In this document: piece by piece, positions 29,143-38,225 of the stretch
Layout of the letters: every line of letters starts with the position of its first letter
Position numbering within the stretch: position 1 is the first letter of the stretch
The notes under the pieces: model-generated
Told to the model about the DNA's origin: nothing
Seen by the model: only the letters and a program-made list of their open reading frames with translations
Databases searched by the model: none
Position numbers and translations under genes: made by a program
Assembly (NCBI GenBank): GCA_045654445.1
Contig: JAZONI010000128.1
Location: 1 to 63,755, forward strand
DNA: 63,755 nt
Reading direction: 5' to 3'
Source of the DNA: Bacteroidaceae bacterium
Lineage (GTDB): Bacteria > Bacteroidota > Bacteroidia > Bacteroidales > Bacteroidaceae

Positions 29143-29264
29143 GAGACCCACCCTAACCCTCCCTCTAGGGAGGGGACCCGGGCATCACGGGTCTATTTTA
29201 TTTGTTATCAGTTATTTTCATCGGACTCTGAAGTCCCCCTCTGTCGGGAGGGGTTAGGGGATGC
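29143..29264. repeat. MITE-like palindromic repeat, copy B (fills the etfB-etfA spacer)
   Basis: Same orientation and length as copy A, by eye roughly four-fifths identical. The left arm is intact and the right arm is diverged (gtccccctctgtcgggaggggttagggg). Confidence 0.85.
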
Positions 29265-30039
29265 TTTTCATCAGCTCCTCTATCTCCTCATCGCTGCTAC
29301 CCATCACACGGCTCTCTTTGGCCTTGAGCACGATGCTCTCTACGGCTTTCACTCGTGTGGGCGAGCCTGAGAATCCGCACTGTGTGATGTCGGCCTCAAT
29401 GTCAGCAGCGCTCCATGCCTCAATGTCTGCATTCTTATAACTCATCAGCAACTTGGCATGGCGTGGTCGGCATGGCGCAGCAGTGCCATCTACGGTGATG
29501 ACAACAGGCAGAGGAGCCTCTACCACCTCTACGCCATTGTCGATACGGCGCTTTACGGTGATATGTCCATCGCTCACGTCTTGTATCTCTTCAGCATAAG
29601 TGATCTGGGGGATACCTAGTCGCTCAGCCACCTGCGAGCCTACCTGTGCAGTCTCTCCATCAATGGCTTGGCGGCCACAGAGCACGATGTCATGCCCACC
29701 CATTTTGCCTATGGCAGTGGCTAGGGCATACGATGTGGCCAAGGTGTCGGCACCAGCAAAGGCACAGTCAGAGAGCAGATATCCCCCGTCAGCACCACGA
29801 AAGAGGCTTTCGCGTACCACCTCTTCCGCACGTGAGGGCCCCATCGTGAGTACCTGTATGGTAGAGCCGGGATGCTGCTCCTTCAGTCGCAATGCCTGCT
29901 CCAACGCCTTCATATCATCGGGGTTGATGATGACAGGCAGTGCCGCACGGTTGATAGTGCCGTCAGCATTCATAGTGCCTTGCCCCACGCAACGTGTGTC
30001 AGGCACTTGCTTGGCAAGTACGATAATGTTTAGGTTCAT
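29254..30039 (-). CDS. etfB: Electron transfer flavoprotein beta subunit; stop codon supplied by the MITE-like repeat
   Basis: MNLNIIVLAKQVPDT...INPDDMKALEQALRLKE...VLCGRQAIDGETAQVG are EtfB motifs. The TAA stop is the TTA of the repeat arm ggggTTAgggg at 29254-29256. Confidence 0.9.
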   Translation of the reverse strand: MNLNIIVLAKQVPDTRCVGQGTMNADGTINRAALPVIINPDDMKALEQALRLKEQHPGSTIQVLTMGPSRAEEVVRESLFRGADGGYLLSDCAFAGADTLATSYALATAIGKMGGHDIVLCGRQAIDGETAQVGSQVAERLGIPQITYAEEIQDVSDGHITVKRRIDNGVEVVEAPLPVVITVDGTAAPCRPRHAKLLMSYKNADIEAWSAADIEADITQCGFSGSPTRVKAVESIVLKAKESRVMGSSDEEIEELMKSIP

Positions 30040-30046
30040 ATGGATA

Positions 30047-30147
30047 ATTTACTATTTTACAATTTACAAATTACTATTTATTTGCGATTTAGTTATATTA
30101 CAATTTGCTCAACAAATCGTAAATAGTAAATCGTCAAATTGTAAATT
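30047..30147. repeat. AT-rich imperfect inverted repeat element between fabG and etfB
   Basis: The left arm ttttacaatttacaaattactatttatttgcgattt pairs with the reverse complement of aaatcgtaaatagtaaatcgtcaaattgtaaatt. Arms are ~34 bp with a ~23-bp spacer. Confidence 0.7.
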
Positions 30148-30151
30148 GAGG

Positions 30152-30928
30152 CTACATGGCCATGCCCCCATCTACCTGGAGCACCTGTCCAGTGACGTAG
30201 GCTGCGAGGTCTGAAGCAAGGAAGAGAGCAGCGCCTGCAATATCTTCACCCTCACCGGCACGGCGCAGAGGTATCTGCTTGGCCCATTCGGCACGCAGTT
30301 CCTCACTCAGTTTGCCCGTCATATCGGTATTGATGAAGCCTGGAGCGATGACGTTGGCGCGTACGCCACGTGAACCCAGTTCGGCAGCTATGCTCTTGGT
30401 AAGCCCGATGATGCCCGCCTTCGATGCTGCATAGTTGCACTGGCCAGCATTGCCATGTACACCCACTACTGACGACATGTTGATGATGCTGCCAGCGCGT
30501 TGACGCATCATGATAGGTGTACATACGCGGCAGAAGTTGAATGCCGACTTCAAGTTGGCCGAGATCACCTCATCCCACTGCTGCTCGCTCATACGCATCA
30601 GCAATCCGTCACGTGTGATGCCCGCATTGTTCACCAAGATATCGATACGGCCAAACTCCTTCACCACCTCGGCTACAAGTGCCTCTGTAGCGGCATAATC
30701 GGCTGCATCGGCCACATAGCGCTTCACCTTTACACCCAATGCGGCAATCTCCTGCTCGGTCTGCTCGGCAGCAGCGCTCACCGTTACGTGAGTGAATGCT
30801 ATGTCAGCACCCTCGGCAGCAAAGCGCAATGCCACTGCCTTACCTATACCACGCGATGCACCCGTGATGAGTGCCACCTTTCCTTCTAACATCTTTCCCA
30901 TACTATATCTGTTTATAGGGTTTAACAT
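30152..30928 (-). CDS. fabG: 3-oxoacyl-[ACP] reductase (SDR)
   Basis: GKVALITGASRGIG...NNAGIT...NYAASKAGIIGLTKS...QVLQVDGGMAM. The true start may be an internal ATG (MGKMLEGK at 30901 or MLEGK). Confidence 0.8.
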   Translation of the reverse strand: MLNPINRYSMGKMLEGKVALITGASRGIGKAVALRFAAEGADIAFTHVTVSAAAEQTEQEIAALGVKVKRYVADAADYAATEALVAEVVKEFGRIDILVNNAGITRDGLLMRMSEQQWDEVISANLKSAFNFCRVCTPIMMRQRAGSIINMSSVVGVHGNAGQCNYAASKAGIIGLTKSIAAELGSRGVRANVIAPGFINTDMTGKLSEELRAEWAKQIPLRRAGEGEDIAGAALFLASDLAAYVTGQVLQVDGGMAM

Positions 30929-31022
30929 CTTAACTTTCGTGTTTTATCACAGGCTTGATAAAAATTTATCATAGGTATGATAATTCTTTGTCATCGGTGT
31001 GAAAACACATCGTTTATCTGTG

Positions 31023-31030
31023 CAAAGATA
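31023..31030 (-). promoter_or_regulatory. Putative -7 box TATCTTTG for fabG(-etfBA-acd)
   Basis: Exact match on the minus strand (caaagata on plus), ~95 nt upstream of ATG 30928. Confidence 0.35.
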
Positions 31031-31380
31031 GAAATACTTTCCATACCGCCCAAAAAACTCCAACTTTTCACAGATACAACAGCCCCACTATCCTTCATTT
31101 TGTCACAAAACCTTTTTTCAGTTGTCACAAAATATATTTTAGAATATCCGATTTCACCGTTATCTATCTACATTCATCGCTTCTCCAGAATAACTGTTTT
31201 TGCCAGTGAATATATTCTAACAATTTCAAGACAGACACATGTAACCACCTCAATTTGTACTCATTATGAGATATGAGATGATTCTTGCCTTTTTGTAAAT
31301 AAATCTTAAAAAAGTTTGTGAATATAAAAAACAATGTTTACCTTCGCCCCAACTTATGTTAAACTTTATAAATAATCATT

Positions 31381-31947
31381 ATGAAAAAGTTATTAGCAAT
31401 GGCGGTAGCCATGGTATTTGCATTTGGTGCAAACGCACAGATTAACAAGGGTGAGATTATTGGAACTGCAGGCATTGGTTTGGGCAACTCTCTTTATGGT
31501 GCTTATAGCAGCTCTCTCCTTCCTATTAATCTTGAGGCAGAGTATGGTGTTGTAGAGTCCGGTCTCTTTGGCGTAGACGGTCTTAGCCTTGGTGTTGGTC
31601 CTGCAATTTCTTACACTCAAGGAAAAGAATCTTACAATTACGGTTGGGGTGACTATGGTTACAAGTGTTCTTCAATCCTTGTAGGTGCTAAGGGTTACTT
31701 CCATTATGACCTCTTCAATGTCGATAAGTTGGATACTTATGCGTCTATCACTTTGGGCTATAATATTGCATCTGCTAAATATTTTGGTGATTGGGGTGTT
31801 AATGCAGGCAATGCAGTATCTGTAGGTGGCCTTTTCTACGGTTTCTCTGTAGGTGCTCGCTACTGGTTTACCGATGCTATTGGTGCTAACCTCGAGGCAG
31901 GTGTTGGCCTTTCATTCTTGAAGGCAGGTGTAACCTTCAAGCTCTAA
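31381..31947 (+). CDS. Small outer-membrane beta-barrel protein
   Basis: 188 aa with a signal peptide (AFGANAQ), alternating Gly/aromatic beta-strand pattern and a C-terminal GVTFKL. A strong terminator follows at 31984-32013. Confidence 0.7.
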   Translation: MKKLLAMAVAMVFAFGANAQINKGEIIGTAGIGLGNSLYGAYSSSLLPINLEAEYGVVESGLFGVDGLSLGVGPAISYTQGKESYNYGWGDYGYKCSSILVGAKGYFHYDLFNVDKLDTYASITLGYNIASAKYFGDWGVNAGNAVSVGGLFYGFSVGARYWFTDAIGANLEAGVGLSFLKAGVTFKL

Positions 31948-31983
31948 TTTAAAAGAAATAGGTTAATATAACCTTGACTCTCT

Positions 31984-32013
31984 GAGGGCGCATCATGATG
32001 CGCCCTCTTTTTT
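31984..32013 (+). terminator. Rho-independent terminator after the OM beta-barrel gene
   Basis: Perfect palindrome gagggcgcatcatgatgcgccctc followed by tttttt. Confidence 0.9.
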
Positions 32014-32120
32014 GTAGTAGTAGTCTTTTATATGGAGACTGTTACGATACTTATTTTGTATAGTAGTAATCTTTAAGTATTATTCTTATTATAGAGATTG
32101 ATTATCTCATCCTTTTTATG

Positions 32121-32128
32121 TAAATTTG
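32121..32128 (+). promoter_or_regulatory. Putative -7 box TAAATTTG for gpmI
   Basis: Exact match 55 nt upstream of ATG 32183. Confidence 0.4.
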
Positions 32129-32182
32129 TGCGTTGATACCAAAGTGAAACTAACAATATAAACCATTTAATACACTATTCGT

Positions 32183-33682
32183 ATGTCAAAGAAAGCATTA
32201 TTGATGATTTTGGACGGTTGGGGTTTCGGCAACCAAGGTAAGGGCGACGTTATCTTCAACACTCCTACTCCCTACTGGGACTATCTGATGAGTACTTATC
32301 CTCACTCACAGCTGCAGGCCAGCGGTGAGAACGTAGGTCTCCCCGACGGACAGATGGGTAACTCTGAGGTAGGTCACCTCAACATCGGTGCTGGCCGTGT
32401 AGTATACCAGGACCTCGTGAAGATTAACCGTGCTTGTGCTGACAATAGCATCATGCAGAACAAGGAAATCGTAGCTGCTTATAGCTACGCCAAGGAGAAT
32501 GGCAAGAACCTCCACCTCATGGGCCTCACCTCTGACGGTGGCGTACACAGTTCACTCGACCACCTCTTCAAACTCATCGATATTGCTGGTGAGTATGGCA
32601 TCGACAACACCTATGTGCACTGCTTCATGGACGGTCGTGACACCGACCCCAAGAGCGGCGCAGGCTTCATCGGTCAGCTCGTTGAGCACAATGCTAAGAT
32701 TGCCTCTATCATCGGTCGCTACTATGCTATGGACCGCGACAAGCGTTGGGAGCGCGTGAAGGTGGCTTATGACCTTCTCGTAAATGGCGAGGGCAAGAAG
32801 GCTACCGACATGGTACAGGCTGTAGAGGAGTCATACGCTGAGGGCGTGACTGACGAGTTCATCCTCCCCATCGTAAACAGCAACTACGACGGCACCATCA
32901 AGGAGGGCGACGTAGTGATCTTCTTCAACTACCGCAACGACCGTGCCAAGGAGCTTACCGTAGTGCTCACACAGCAGGATATGCCCGAGGCTGGCATGCA
33001 CACTATCCCCGGCTTGCAGTACTACTGCATGACTCCGTACGACGCATCATTCCAGGGTGTACATATCCTCTTCGACAAGGAGAACGTAGAGAACACCCTC
33101 GGTGAGTACGTAGCTTCTAAGGGTCTCAAGCAGCTCCACATCGCCGAGACAGAGAAGTATGCTCACGTAACCTTCTTCCTCAACGGTGGTCGCGAGACTC
33201 CCTACGATGGTGAAGACCGTATCCTCGTTCCCTCACCCAAGGTAGCTACCTATGACCTCCAGCCCGAGATGAGCGCTTACGAGGTACGCACCAAGCTCGT
33301 TGAGGCTATCCGCGAGGACAAGTACGACCTCATCGTGGTGAACTTCGCTAATGGCGACATGGTAGGTCACACTGGCGTATACAGCGCTATCGAGACTGCT
33401 GTGAAGGCTGTTGACGAGTGCGTGAAGGATGTTATCGAGGCTGCTAAGGAGACAGGCTATGAGGCTATCATCATCGCTGACCACGGTAATGCTGACAATG
33501 CAGTGAACGCTGACGGTTCGCCCAACACCGCTCACTCGCTCAACCCCGTACCCTTCGTATACGTTACTGAGAACAAGGACGTACAGCCCGCCGATGGTAT
33601 CCTCGCTGACGTTGCTCCTTCAGTGCTGAAGATTATGGGCTTGCCCGTACCTGCTGAAATGACCGGTAAGCAGCTTATTTAA
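32183..33682 (+). CDS. gpmI: 2,3-bisphosphoglycerate-independent phosphoglycerate mutase
   Basis: LMILDGWG...[14 protein letters not shown]...[10 protein letters not shown]...ADHGNAD are iPGM motifs. Confidence 0.95.
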   Translation: MSKKALLMILDGWGFGNQGKGDVIFNTPTPYWDYLMSTYPHSQLQASGENVGLPDGQMGNSEVGHLNIGAGRVVYQDLVKINRACADNSIMQNKEIVAAYSYAKENGKNLHLMGLTSDGGVHSSLDHLFKLIDIAGEYGIDNTYVHCFMDGRDTDPKSGAGFIGQLVEHNAKIASIIGRYYAMDRDKRWERVKVAYDLLVNGEGKKATDMVQAVEESYAEGVTDEFILPIVNSNYDGTIKEGDVVIFFNYRNDRAKELTVVLTQQDMPEAGMHTIPGLQYYCMTPYDASFQGVHILFDKENVENTLGEYVASKGLKQLHIAETEKYAHVTFFLNGGRETPYDGEDRILVPSPKVATYDLQPEMSAYEVRTKLVEAIREDKYDLIVVNFANGDMVGHTGVYSAIETAVKAVDECVKDVIEAAKETGYEAIIIADHGNADNAVNADGSPNTAHSLNPVPFVYVTENKDVQPADGILADVAPSVLKIMGLPVPAEMTGKQLI

Positions 33683-33683
33683 G

Positions 33684-33796
33684 TTAATTAGGAGTTATGA
33701 ATTAGGAGTTATGAATTATCTGACGAATAAAAGTCTATTACAGGAATTTCTAACTCCTAACTATAAACTCCTAATTCCTAATTTCTAACTCCTAAT
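33684..33796. repeat. Palindromic element built from tandem 'taggagtt' units
   Basis: The left arm ttaattaggagttatgaattaggagttatgaatt faces the right arm aatttctaactcctaactataaactcctaattcctaatttctaactcctaat. It begins 2 nt after the gpmI stop. Confidence 0.75.
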
Positions 33797-33804
33797 AAAA
33801 GTAC

Positions 33805-34386
33805 ATGGTAGAAGTCAACGGTGTAGTCGTATCATTCGACGTATTCAAAGAGAATTTCTTGTGCGACCTTGAGGGTTGCAATGGTGCTTGCTGTATCGAA
33901 GGCGATGCGGGTGCGCCCATCACACCCGATGAGGTAAAAGAAGTAGAGGCATTGCTGCCCGAGATTTGGGACGAGTTGTTGCCCGAAGCACGGGAGGTCA
34001 TCAATCGTCAAGGTATCTCATACTACGACCCTACAGGCGAACTGGTCACCTCTATCGTCAATGGCAAAGACTGCGTATTTACCTGCTACGATGAGCGTGG
34101 CTGCTGCTACTGCGCCATCGAACGCGCCTACCGCCAGGGACGTGTACCCTTCTATAAGCCCATCTCGTGTCACCTCTATCCCATCCGTGTGGGCAACTAT
34201 GGTCCGTACAAAGCGCTCAACTACGACCGCTGGGACGTATGCAAGGTGGCCGTACTCAAAGGTCAGAAGGAGAACCTCCCCATCTATAAGTTCTTGAAGG
34301 AGCCCCTCATCCGCCGCTTCGGCGAAGATTGGTATGCCGAGTTGGAGCTCGTAGCCGAGGAACTCGCCAACCAAGGAATCATCTAG
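33805..34386 (+). CDS. DUF3109-family Cys-rich protein
   Basis: FLCDLEGCNGACCIEGDAGAPITPDEV...CYCAIE...CHLYPIR is the pattern I recognise from Bacteroidota DUF3109 proteins. Confidence 0.7.
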   Translation: MVEVNGVVVSFDVFKENFLCDLEGCNGACCIEGDAGAPITPDEVKEVEALLPEIWDELLPEAREVINRQGISYYDPTGELVTSIVNGKDCVFTCYDERGCCYCAIERAYRQGRVPFYKPISCHLYPIRVGNYGPYKALNYDRWDVCKVAVLKGQKENLPIYKFLKEPLIRRFGEDWYAELELVAEELANQGII

Positions 34387-34405
34387 ACATTGGCTAAGGG
34401 CATGT

Positions 34406-35323
34406 ATGAAAAGGGCAATTGAAGCGGCCATACAGGCCGAGGCCCTACGCTTGGGATTCTCGGCCTGCGGCTTTGCCAAGGCCGATCCGGTGAGTGATGA
34501 AATGGTCCAGAAGCTGGACCGATGGGTCGACATGCGCTATCATGCCGACATGGGCTACATGGAACGCAACCGCCACCTGCGCCTTAATCCTACACAACTT
34601 GTACCTGGCTGCCGGACACTCATTGTGGTGGCACTCAACTACTATCCGCAGCGGACACTCCCTAGCGATAGCTACCAAATTGCCTACTACGCCTATGGGG
34701 ACGACTATCACCGTGTGGTGAAGGACAAACTGCACCTATTGCTTGCTTACATCAAGACACTGGTATCTAAGGTACAGGGACGTGCCTTCTGCGATACGGC
34801 TCCACTGCTCGAGCGCTATTGGGCCGTGAAGGCTGGCTTGGGCTTCATCGGGCGCAACCGCACGCTCATCATCCCCGACAAGGGCAGTTACTTCTTTTTG
34901 GGAGTATTGGCAGTAGACACAGAGTTGCAAGTATCTACCTACGACGGACCTCGCTCCTGTGGCAACTGCAAACGCTGCTTCATGGCTTGCCCCACGGGTG
35001 CCTTGACAGAAGATGGCATCGACTGTCGCCGTTGCCTCTCTTACCTTACTATTGAACATCGAGGAGAAATCCCCGATGAATACAGCAAAAAAATGGGAAA
35101 TCGCATCTCCGGCTGCGACACATGCCAGCGGGCATGTCCCCACAACCGCTATGCCGAGCCTACGACCGAGATGGCCTTTGCCTTGCCTCCAGAAGTGGCT
35201 TCACTCACCCGCGAGGCATGGCAGCAACTGACACCGGAACAATACCGCACACTCTTCAAGCACAGCGCCATTGAGCGTGCTGGATATGAGGGGCTGATGC
35301 GCAATATACGGAATCGAGATTAG
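34406..35323 (+). CDS. queG: tRNA epoxyqueuosine(34) reductase
   Basis: Two 4Fe-4S motifs (CGNCKRCFMACPTGAL, CDTCQRACPHN) in QueG context (YAYGDDYH...GFIGRN). Confidence 0.85.
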   Translation: MKRAIEAAIQAEALRLGFSACGFAKADPVSDEMVQKLDRWVDMRYHADMGYMERNRHLRLNPTQLVPGCRTLIVVALNYYPQRTLPSDSYQIAYYAYGDDYHRVVKDKLHLLLAYIKTLVSKVQGRAFCDTAPLLERYWAVKAGLGFIGRNRTLIIPDKGSYFFLGVLAVDTELQVSTYDGPRSCGNCKRCFMACPTGALTEDGIDCRRCLSYLTIEHRGEIPDEYSKKMGNRISGCDTCQRACPHNRYAEPTTEMAFALPPEVASLTREAWQQLTPEQYRTLFKHSAIERAGYEGLMRNIRNRD

Positions 35324-35335
35324 TGCGCTCGGACT

Positions 35336-36988
35336 TCACTCTTTTCGGAGTATCTTATTATATGCCTGCGTGTCATTAAGCACCTTACATGCCTGCACGA
35401 TGGTGCTGTCGCTCTTGAGAGCCTGGGCGATGGCGCCTTGCTGGTAGTAGTAGCGGGTGACAATCTCGTCGGCCAAGAGTTCGCATATATCGGTCTTGAA
35501 GTTCTCGAAGTCACGGTCGAGGTCGTGGCTGAGTTTCTTCTCCAGAGCGGCTAATTCGGCGGCAGAGTCTTTCAGGTATCCCTCAAACTCAGCTATCTCC
35601 TTAAAGGCGGCCAAGGCCTTCTCGCTCTGACGGTCGTAGGTGAAGTTTGACGCCTTGACATACTCCTTGAAGTCTTGGTACAGACTGTCACTGATGCAGA
35701 ACTCCTCTACTGGGGGTATCTGCTGATGGGTACGAGTATAGGCGGTGGCAAAGTCGAGCAGCGCCTCATCATTGGCCAAGTAGTAGAGGAGGTTGGGCAG
35801 ACGTTCGGCCTTGATATCAATGTCGGGGGTGATGCCTCCTGCGGCCTCGACGGGGCGTCCGTTGTGGGTATAGAACTTCTGCGTGGAGGTGATGCGTTTG
35901 GTGCTATCGCCCTTGTGCGAATAGTCAATCTTCTGTACGCAGCGTCCCGATGGGGTGTAGTATTTTGAGGTGGTAACCTTGAGCGATGCGTTGTAGGGGA
36001 GTTCGCGCACGGTTTGTACAAGTCCCTTACCATAGGTGCGCTGACCGATGATGACGCCACGGTCAAGATCCTGTATGGCACCGGCGACGATTTCCGAGGA
36101 TGAGGCGCTCTGTCCATCGACAAGGACGACGAGGGGGATATCGGTGTCGAGCGGTTCGCGTCGTGTCTTGAAAGTCTGTGCTGCTTGGGGTACCTTTCCT
36201 TTGGTAGAAACGATGGTAGTTCCCTTTGGCACGAACAGGCTGGTGATGTCTACGGCTTCGGAGAGTGAGCCTCCCCCGTTACCGCGGAGGTCGAGGATGA
36301 GTCTGCGGGCGCCTCGGTTCTTGAGGTCAACGAGTGCCAGGCGTATGTCGCGCGAACAGTTGTCAGTGAAACTGTTAAGGATAACGTATCCTGTGCTGTC
36401 GGCCAATAGGGTGTAGTAGGGCACTGGTGGCAGGGCGATGTTGGAACGGGTAACCTTGACCTCTCTGATGCTGTCGGCTACTCCCTCGCGTTTGGTACGC
36501 ACGATAAGTGCGGTTCCCGGCTCGCCGCGCAAGCGTTCGCTCACCTTATCGACAGTCCACCCCTTGAGGTCGGTGCCATCAATGGAGAGGAGGATGTCGC
36601 CCGCACGCAGTCCTGCCTCCATGGCAGGCATGCCCTCGTAGGGTTCAGCAATGACCACGCGGTCATGCTTCTTGTGGTAGCGGATGATTGCCCCCACACC
36701 GGCATACTTTCCAGTAATCATCATTTGGAGGTCATCGTCCTCCTCTTCGGGGTAATATATCGTGTAGGGGTCAAGTTTGGATGTGATGGCATGGATGGCC
36801 TCATCGACAACTTCGGGTATATCGAGCGTGTCGACATAGAGCATGTCGAGTTCGCGGAACACGGCGTGAAACAGGTCGAGATGTTTGGAGATAAGGAAGT
36901 TTCTGTTGTCGCCCCTAAACGAAGCGAGAAACAGACATATCGCCGGAAGACCCAGCAATAGGAGCAGGCGTGTATGGATACGTTTCAT
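35336..36988 (-). CDS. S41 family C-terminal processing (tail-specific) peptidase
   Basis: 550 aa with a PDZ-like segment (GLRAGDILLSIDG), the S41 core (LDLRGNGGGSLSEAV...SASSSEIVAGAIQD...GQRTYGKG) and a signal peptide. Confidence 0.85.
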   Translation of the reverse strand: MKRIHTRLLLLLGLPAICLFLASFRGDNRNFLISKHLDLFHAVFRELDMLYVDTLDIPEVVDEAIHAITSKLDPYTIYYPEEEDDDLQMMITGKYAGVGAIIRYHKKHDRVVIAEPYEGMPAMEAGLRAGDILLSIDGTDLKGWTVDKVSERLRGEPGTALIVRTKREGVADSIREVKVTRSNIALPPVPYYTLLADSTGYVILNSFTDNCSRDIRLALVDLKNRGARRLILDLRGNGGGSLSEAVDITSLFVPKGTTIVSTKGKVPQAAQTFKTRREPLDTDIPLVVLVDGQSASSSEIVAGAIQDLDRGVIIGQRTYGKGLVQTVRELPYNASLKVTTSKYYTPSGRCVQKIDYSHKGDSTKRITSTQKFYTHNGRPVEAAGGITPDIDIKAERLPNLLYYLANDEALLDFATAYTRTHQQIPPVEEFCISDSLYQDFKEYVKASNFTYDRQSEKALAAFKEIAEFEGYLKDSAAELAALEKKLSHDLDRDFENFKTDICELLADEIVTRYYYQQGAIAQALKSDSTIVQACKVLNDTQAYNKILRKE

Positions 36989-37006
36989 TGTATGAATGGT
37001 CTATGT

Positions 37007-37993
37007 TTATTGATTGATGATGTGTGCGATGCTATTCTTTATCTCTTGCCATGTGGCATCGGTCAACTTGGTGCCTATGGTCTGTATCACATGGCCGGCC
37101 AAGAGTGAGCCCATCTCGGCACACTGCTGCAATGGATAGTCGTGTAGCAAACCATACATCACGCCAGCAGCATAGAAGTCACCGGCGGCTGTAGTGTCGA
37201 CTACCTTGTCGACATCCATGGCGGGAGCAAAGACCTTCTCATCATTGCGCATGATATAGGCACCTGCGGCGCCCACCTTCACCACGGCTACTTCACACAA
37301 CGTGTGAAGATGCTCAAGAGCCTCCTCGGCATCGGCTGATGCAAAGGCACGCGCCTCCTCTTCGTTGGCAAACACGACATCGACATATTCGGTGACGAGG
37401 TGCGTGAAAAATTCCAAGTCGGCAGCCACGATGTTATAACTGGCCAAGTCGAGGCATATCTTGAGGCCCTCCTCCTTGGCCAACTGTACGGCGCGGAGGA
37501 TGAGGGCGTGGTTCTGCACTAGATAACCCTCGACATAGAGATAGTCGTATCCCTCGAACATGGCGGCATCGAGGTTCTCGGGGCTCATTGCAGCAGCAGC
37601 CCCCAAATAGGTGGCAAAAGTGCGCTCACCACCCGGCGAGATGAAGGTGTAGGCAATACCCGACTGCTGAGGCAGTGTGGTCAAGTAGGGGACAATGCCC
37701 TTCTGCTCGCAGTTGGCGGCAAAGAAAGCGCCCGTGGTGTCACTGCCCACTGTGCCGATAAATCCCGGCTGCATATCCAGATTGGCCAAGGCAAGCATGG
37801 TATTGCCAGCCGAGCCACCCGTGGCCTGCTGCACATCGAGTTGGGCAAAGCGTTCTTGAATACGTTGTTGCTCATCGTCACCAATGAGTGTCATGCTTCC
37901 TTTGGGAAGTCCGAACGCCTCTAACAATTCATCGCTCCGCAACACCGCCAATGCATCAACCAATGCGTTTCCTATACCAATAATTCGTTTCAT
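37007..37993 (-). CDS. PfkB-family kinase (adenosine kinase-like)
   Basis: GIGNALVD...GGSAGNT...DTTAAGDFYAAG are PfkB motifs. Confidence 0.8.
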   Translation of the reverse strand: MKRIIGIGNALVDALAVLRSDELLEAFGLPKGSMTLIGDDEQQRIQERFAQLDVQQATGGSAGNTMLALANLDMQPGFIGTVGSDTTGAFFAANCEQKGIVPYLTTLPQQSGIAYTFISPGGERTFATYLGAAAAMSPENLDAAMFEGYDYLYVEGYLVQNHALILRAVQLAKEEGLKICLDLASYNIVAADLEFFTHLVTEYVDVVFANEEEARAFASADAEEALEHLHTLCEVAVVKVGAAGAYIMRNDEKVFAPAMDVDKVVDTTAAGDFYAAGVMYGLLHDYPLQQCAEMGSLLAGHVIQTIGTKLTDATWQEIKNSIAHIINQ

Positions 37994-38029
37994 TTGTTAT
38001 AATCCTTTCCTTTTTTGTAATTTTTTCGG

Positions 38030-38037
38030 CAAAGTTA
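38030..38037 (-). promoter_or_regulatory. Putative -7 box TAACTTTG for the adenosine-kinase/S41-peptidase operon
   Basis: Exact match on the minus strand, 37 nt upstream of ATG 37993. Confidence 0.45.
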
Positions 38038-38060
38038 TTGCATATTTCAAAATATCCTAG

Positions 38061-38068
38061 TAATTTTG
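38061..38068 (+). promoter_or_regulatory. Putative -7 box TAATTTTG for the tRNA-Asn pair
   Basis: Exact match followed by cagcgcaat, the same extension seen at 49263. It lies 61 nt upstream of the tRNA 5' end. Confidence 0.45.
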
Positions 38069-38128
38069 CAGCGCAATTGAGAGAAAAACTAAAAATAGTT
38101 ACTGAAAAAACCTCTCGAAAGTAGAAAT

Positions 38129-38202
38129 TCTTCGTTAGCTCAGTCGGTTAGAGCATCTGACTGTTAATCAGAGGGTCCTTGGTTCAAGTCCAAGACGAAG
38201 AG
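38129..38202 (+). tRNA. tRNA-Asn (anticodon GTT), copy 1
   Basis: Hand-folded cloverleaf. Acceptor tcttcgt/acgaaga, D arm gctc-agtcggtta-gagc, anticodon stem tctga/tcaga with loop ctGTTaa (GTT at 38163-38165), T arm cttgg-ttcaagt-ccaag, discriminator g. No encoded CCA. Confidence 0.95.
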
Positions 38203-38225
38203 CAAAGTTTAAGGGTTAGTAATAT

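Noticed and set aside
28016-29264. Possibility that the two ~120-bp repeats form a CRISPR-like array
   Set aside because: There are only two copies, 1.1 kb apart, with a complete gene between them. Each repeat is 120 bp with terminal inverted repeats, and no cas genes are present. A MITE/REP interpretation fits better.
30977-31276. 99-aa ORF in the fabG / OM-barrel intergenic region
   Set aside because: It shows no coding periodicity by eye, has odd composition and contains the likely fabG -7 box. I treat the region as non-coding.
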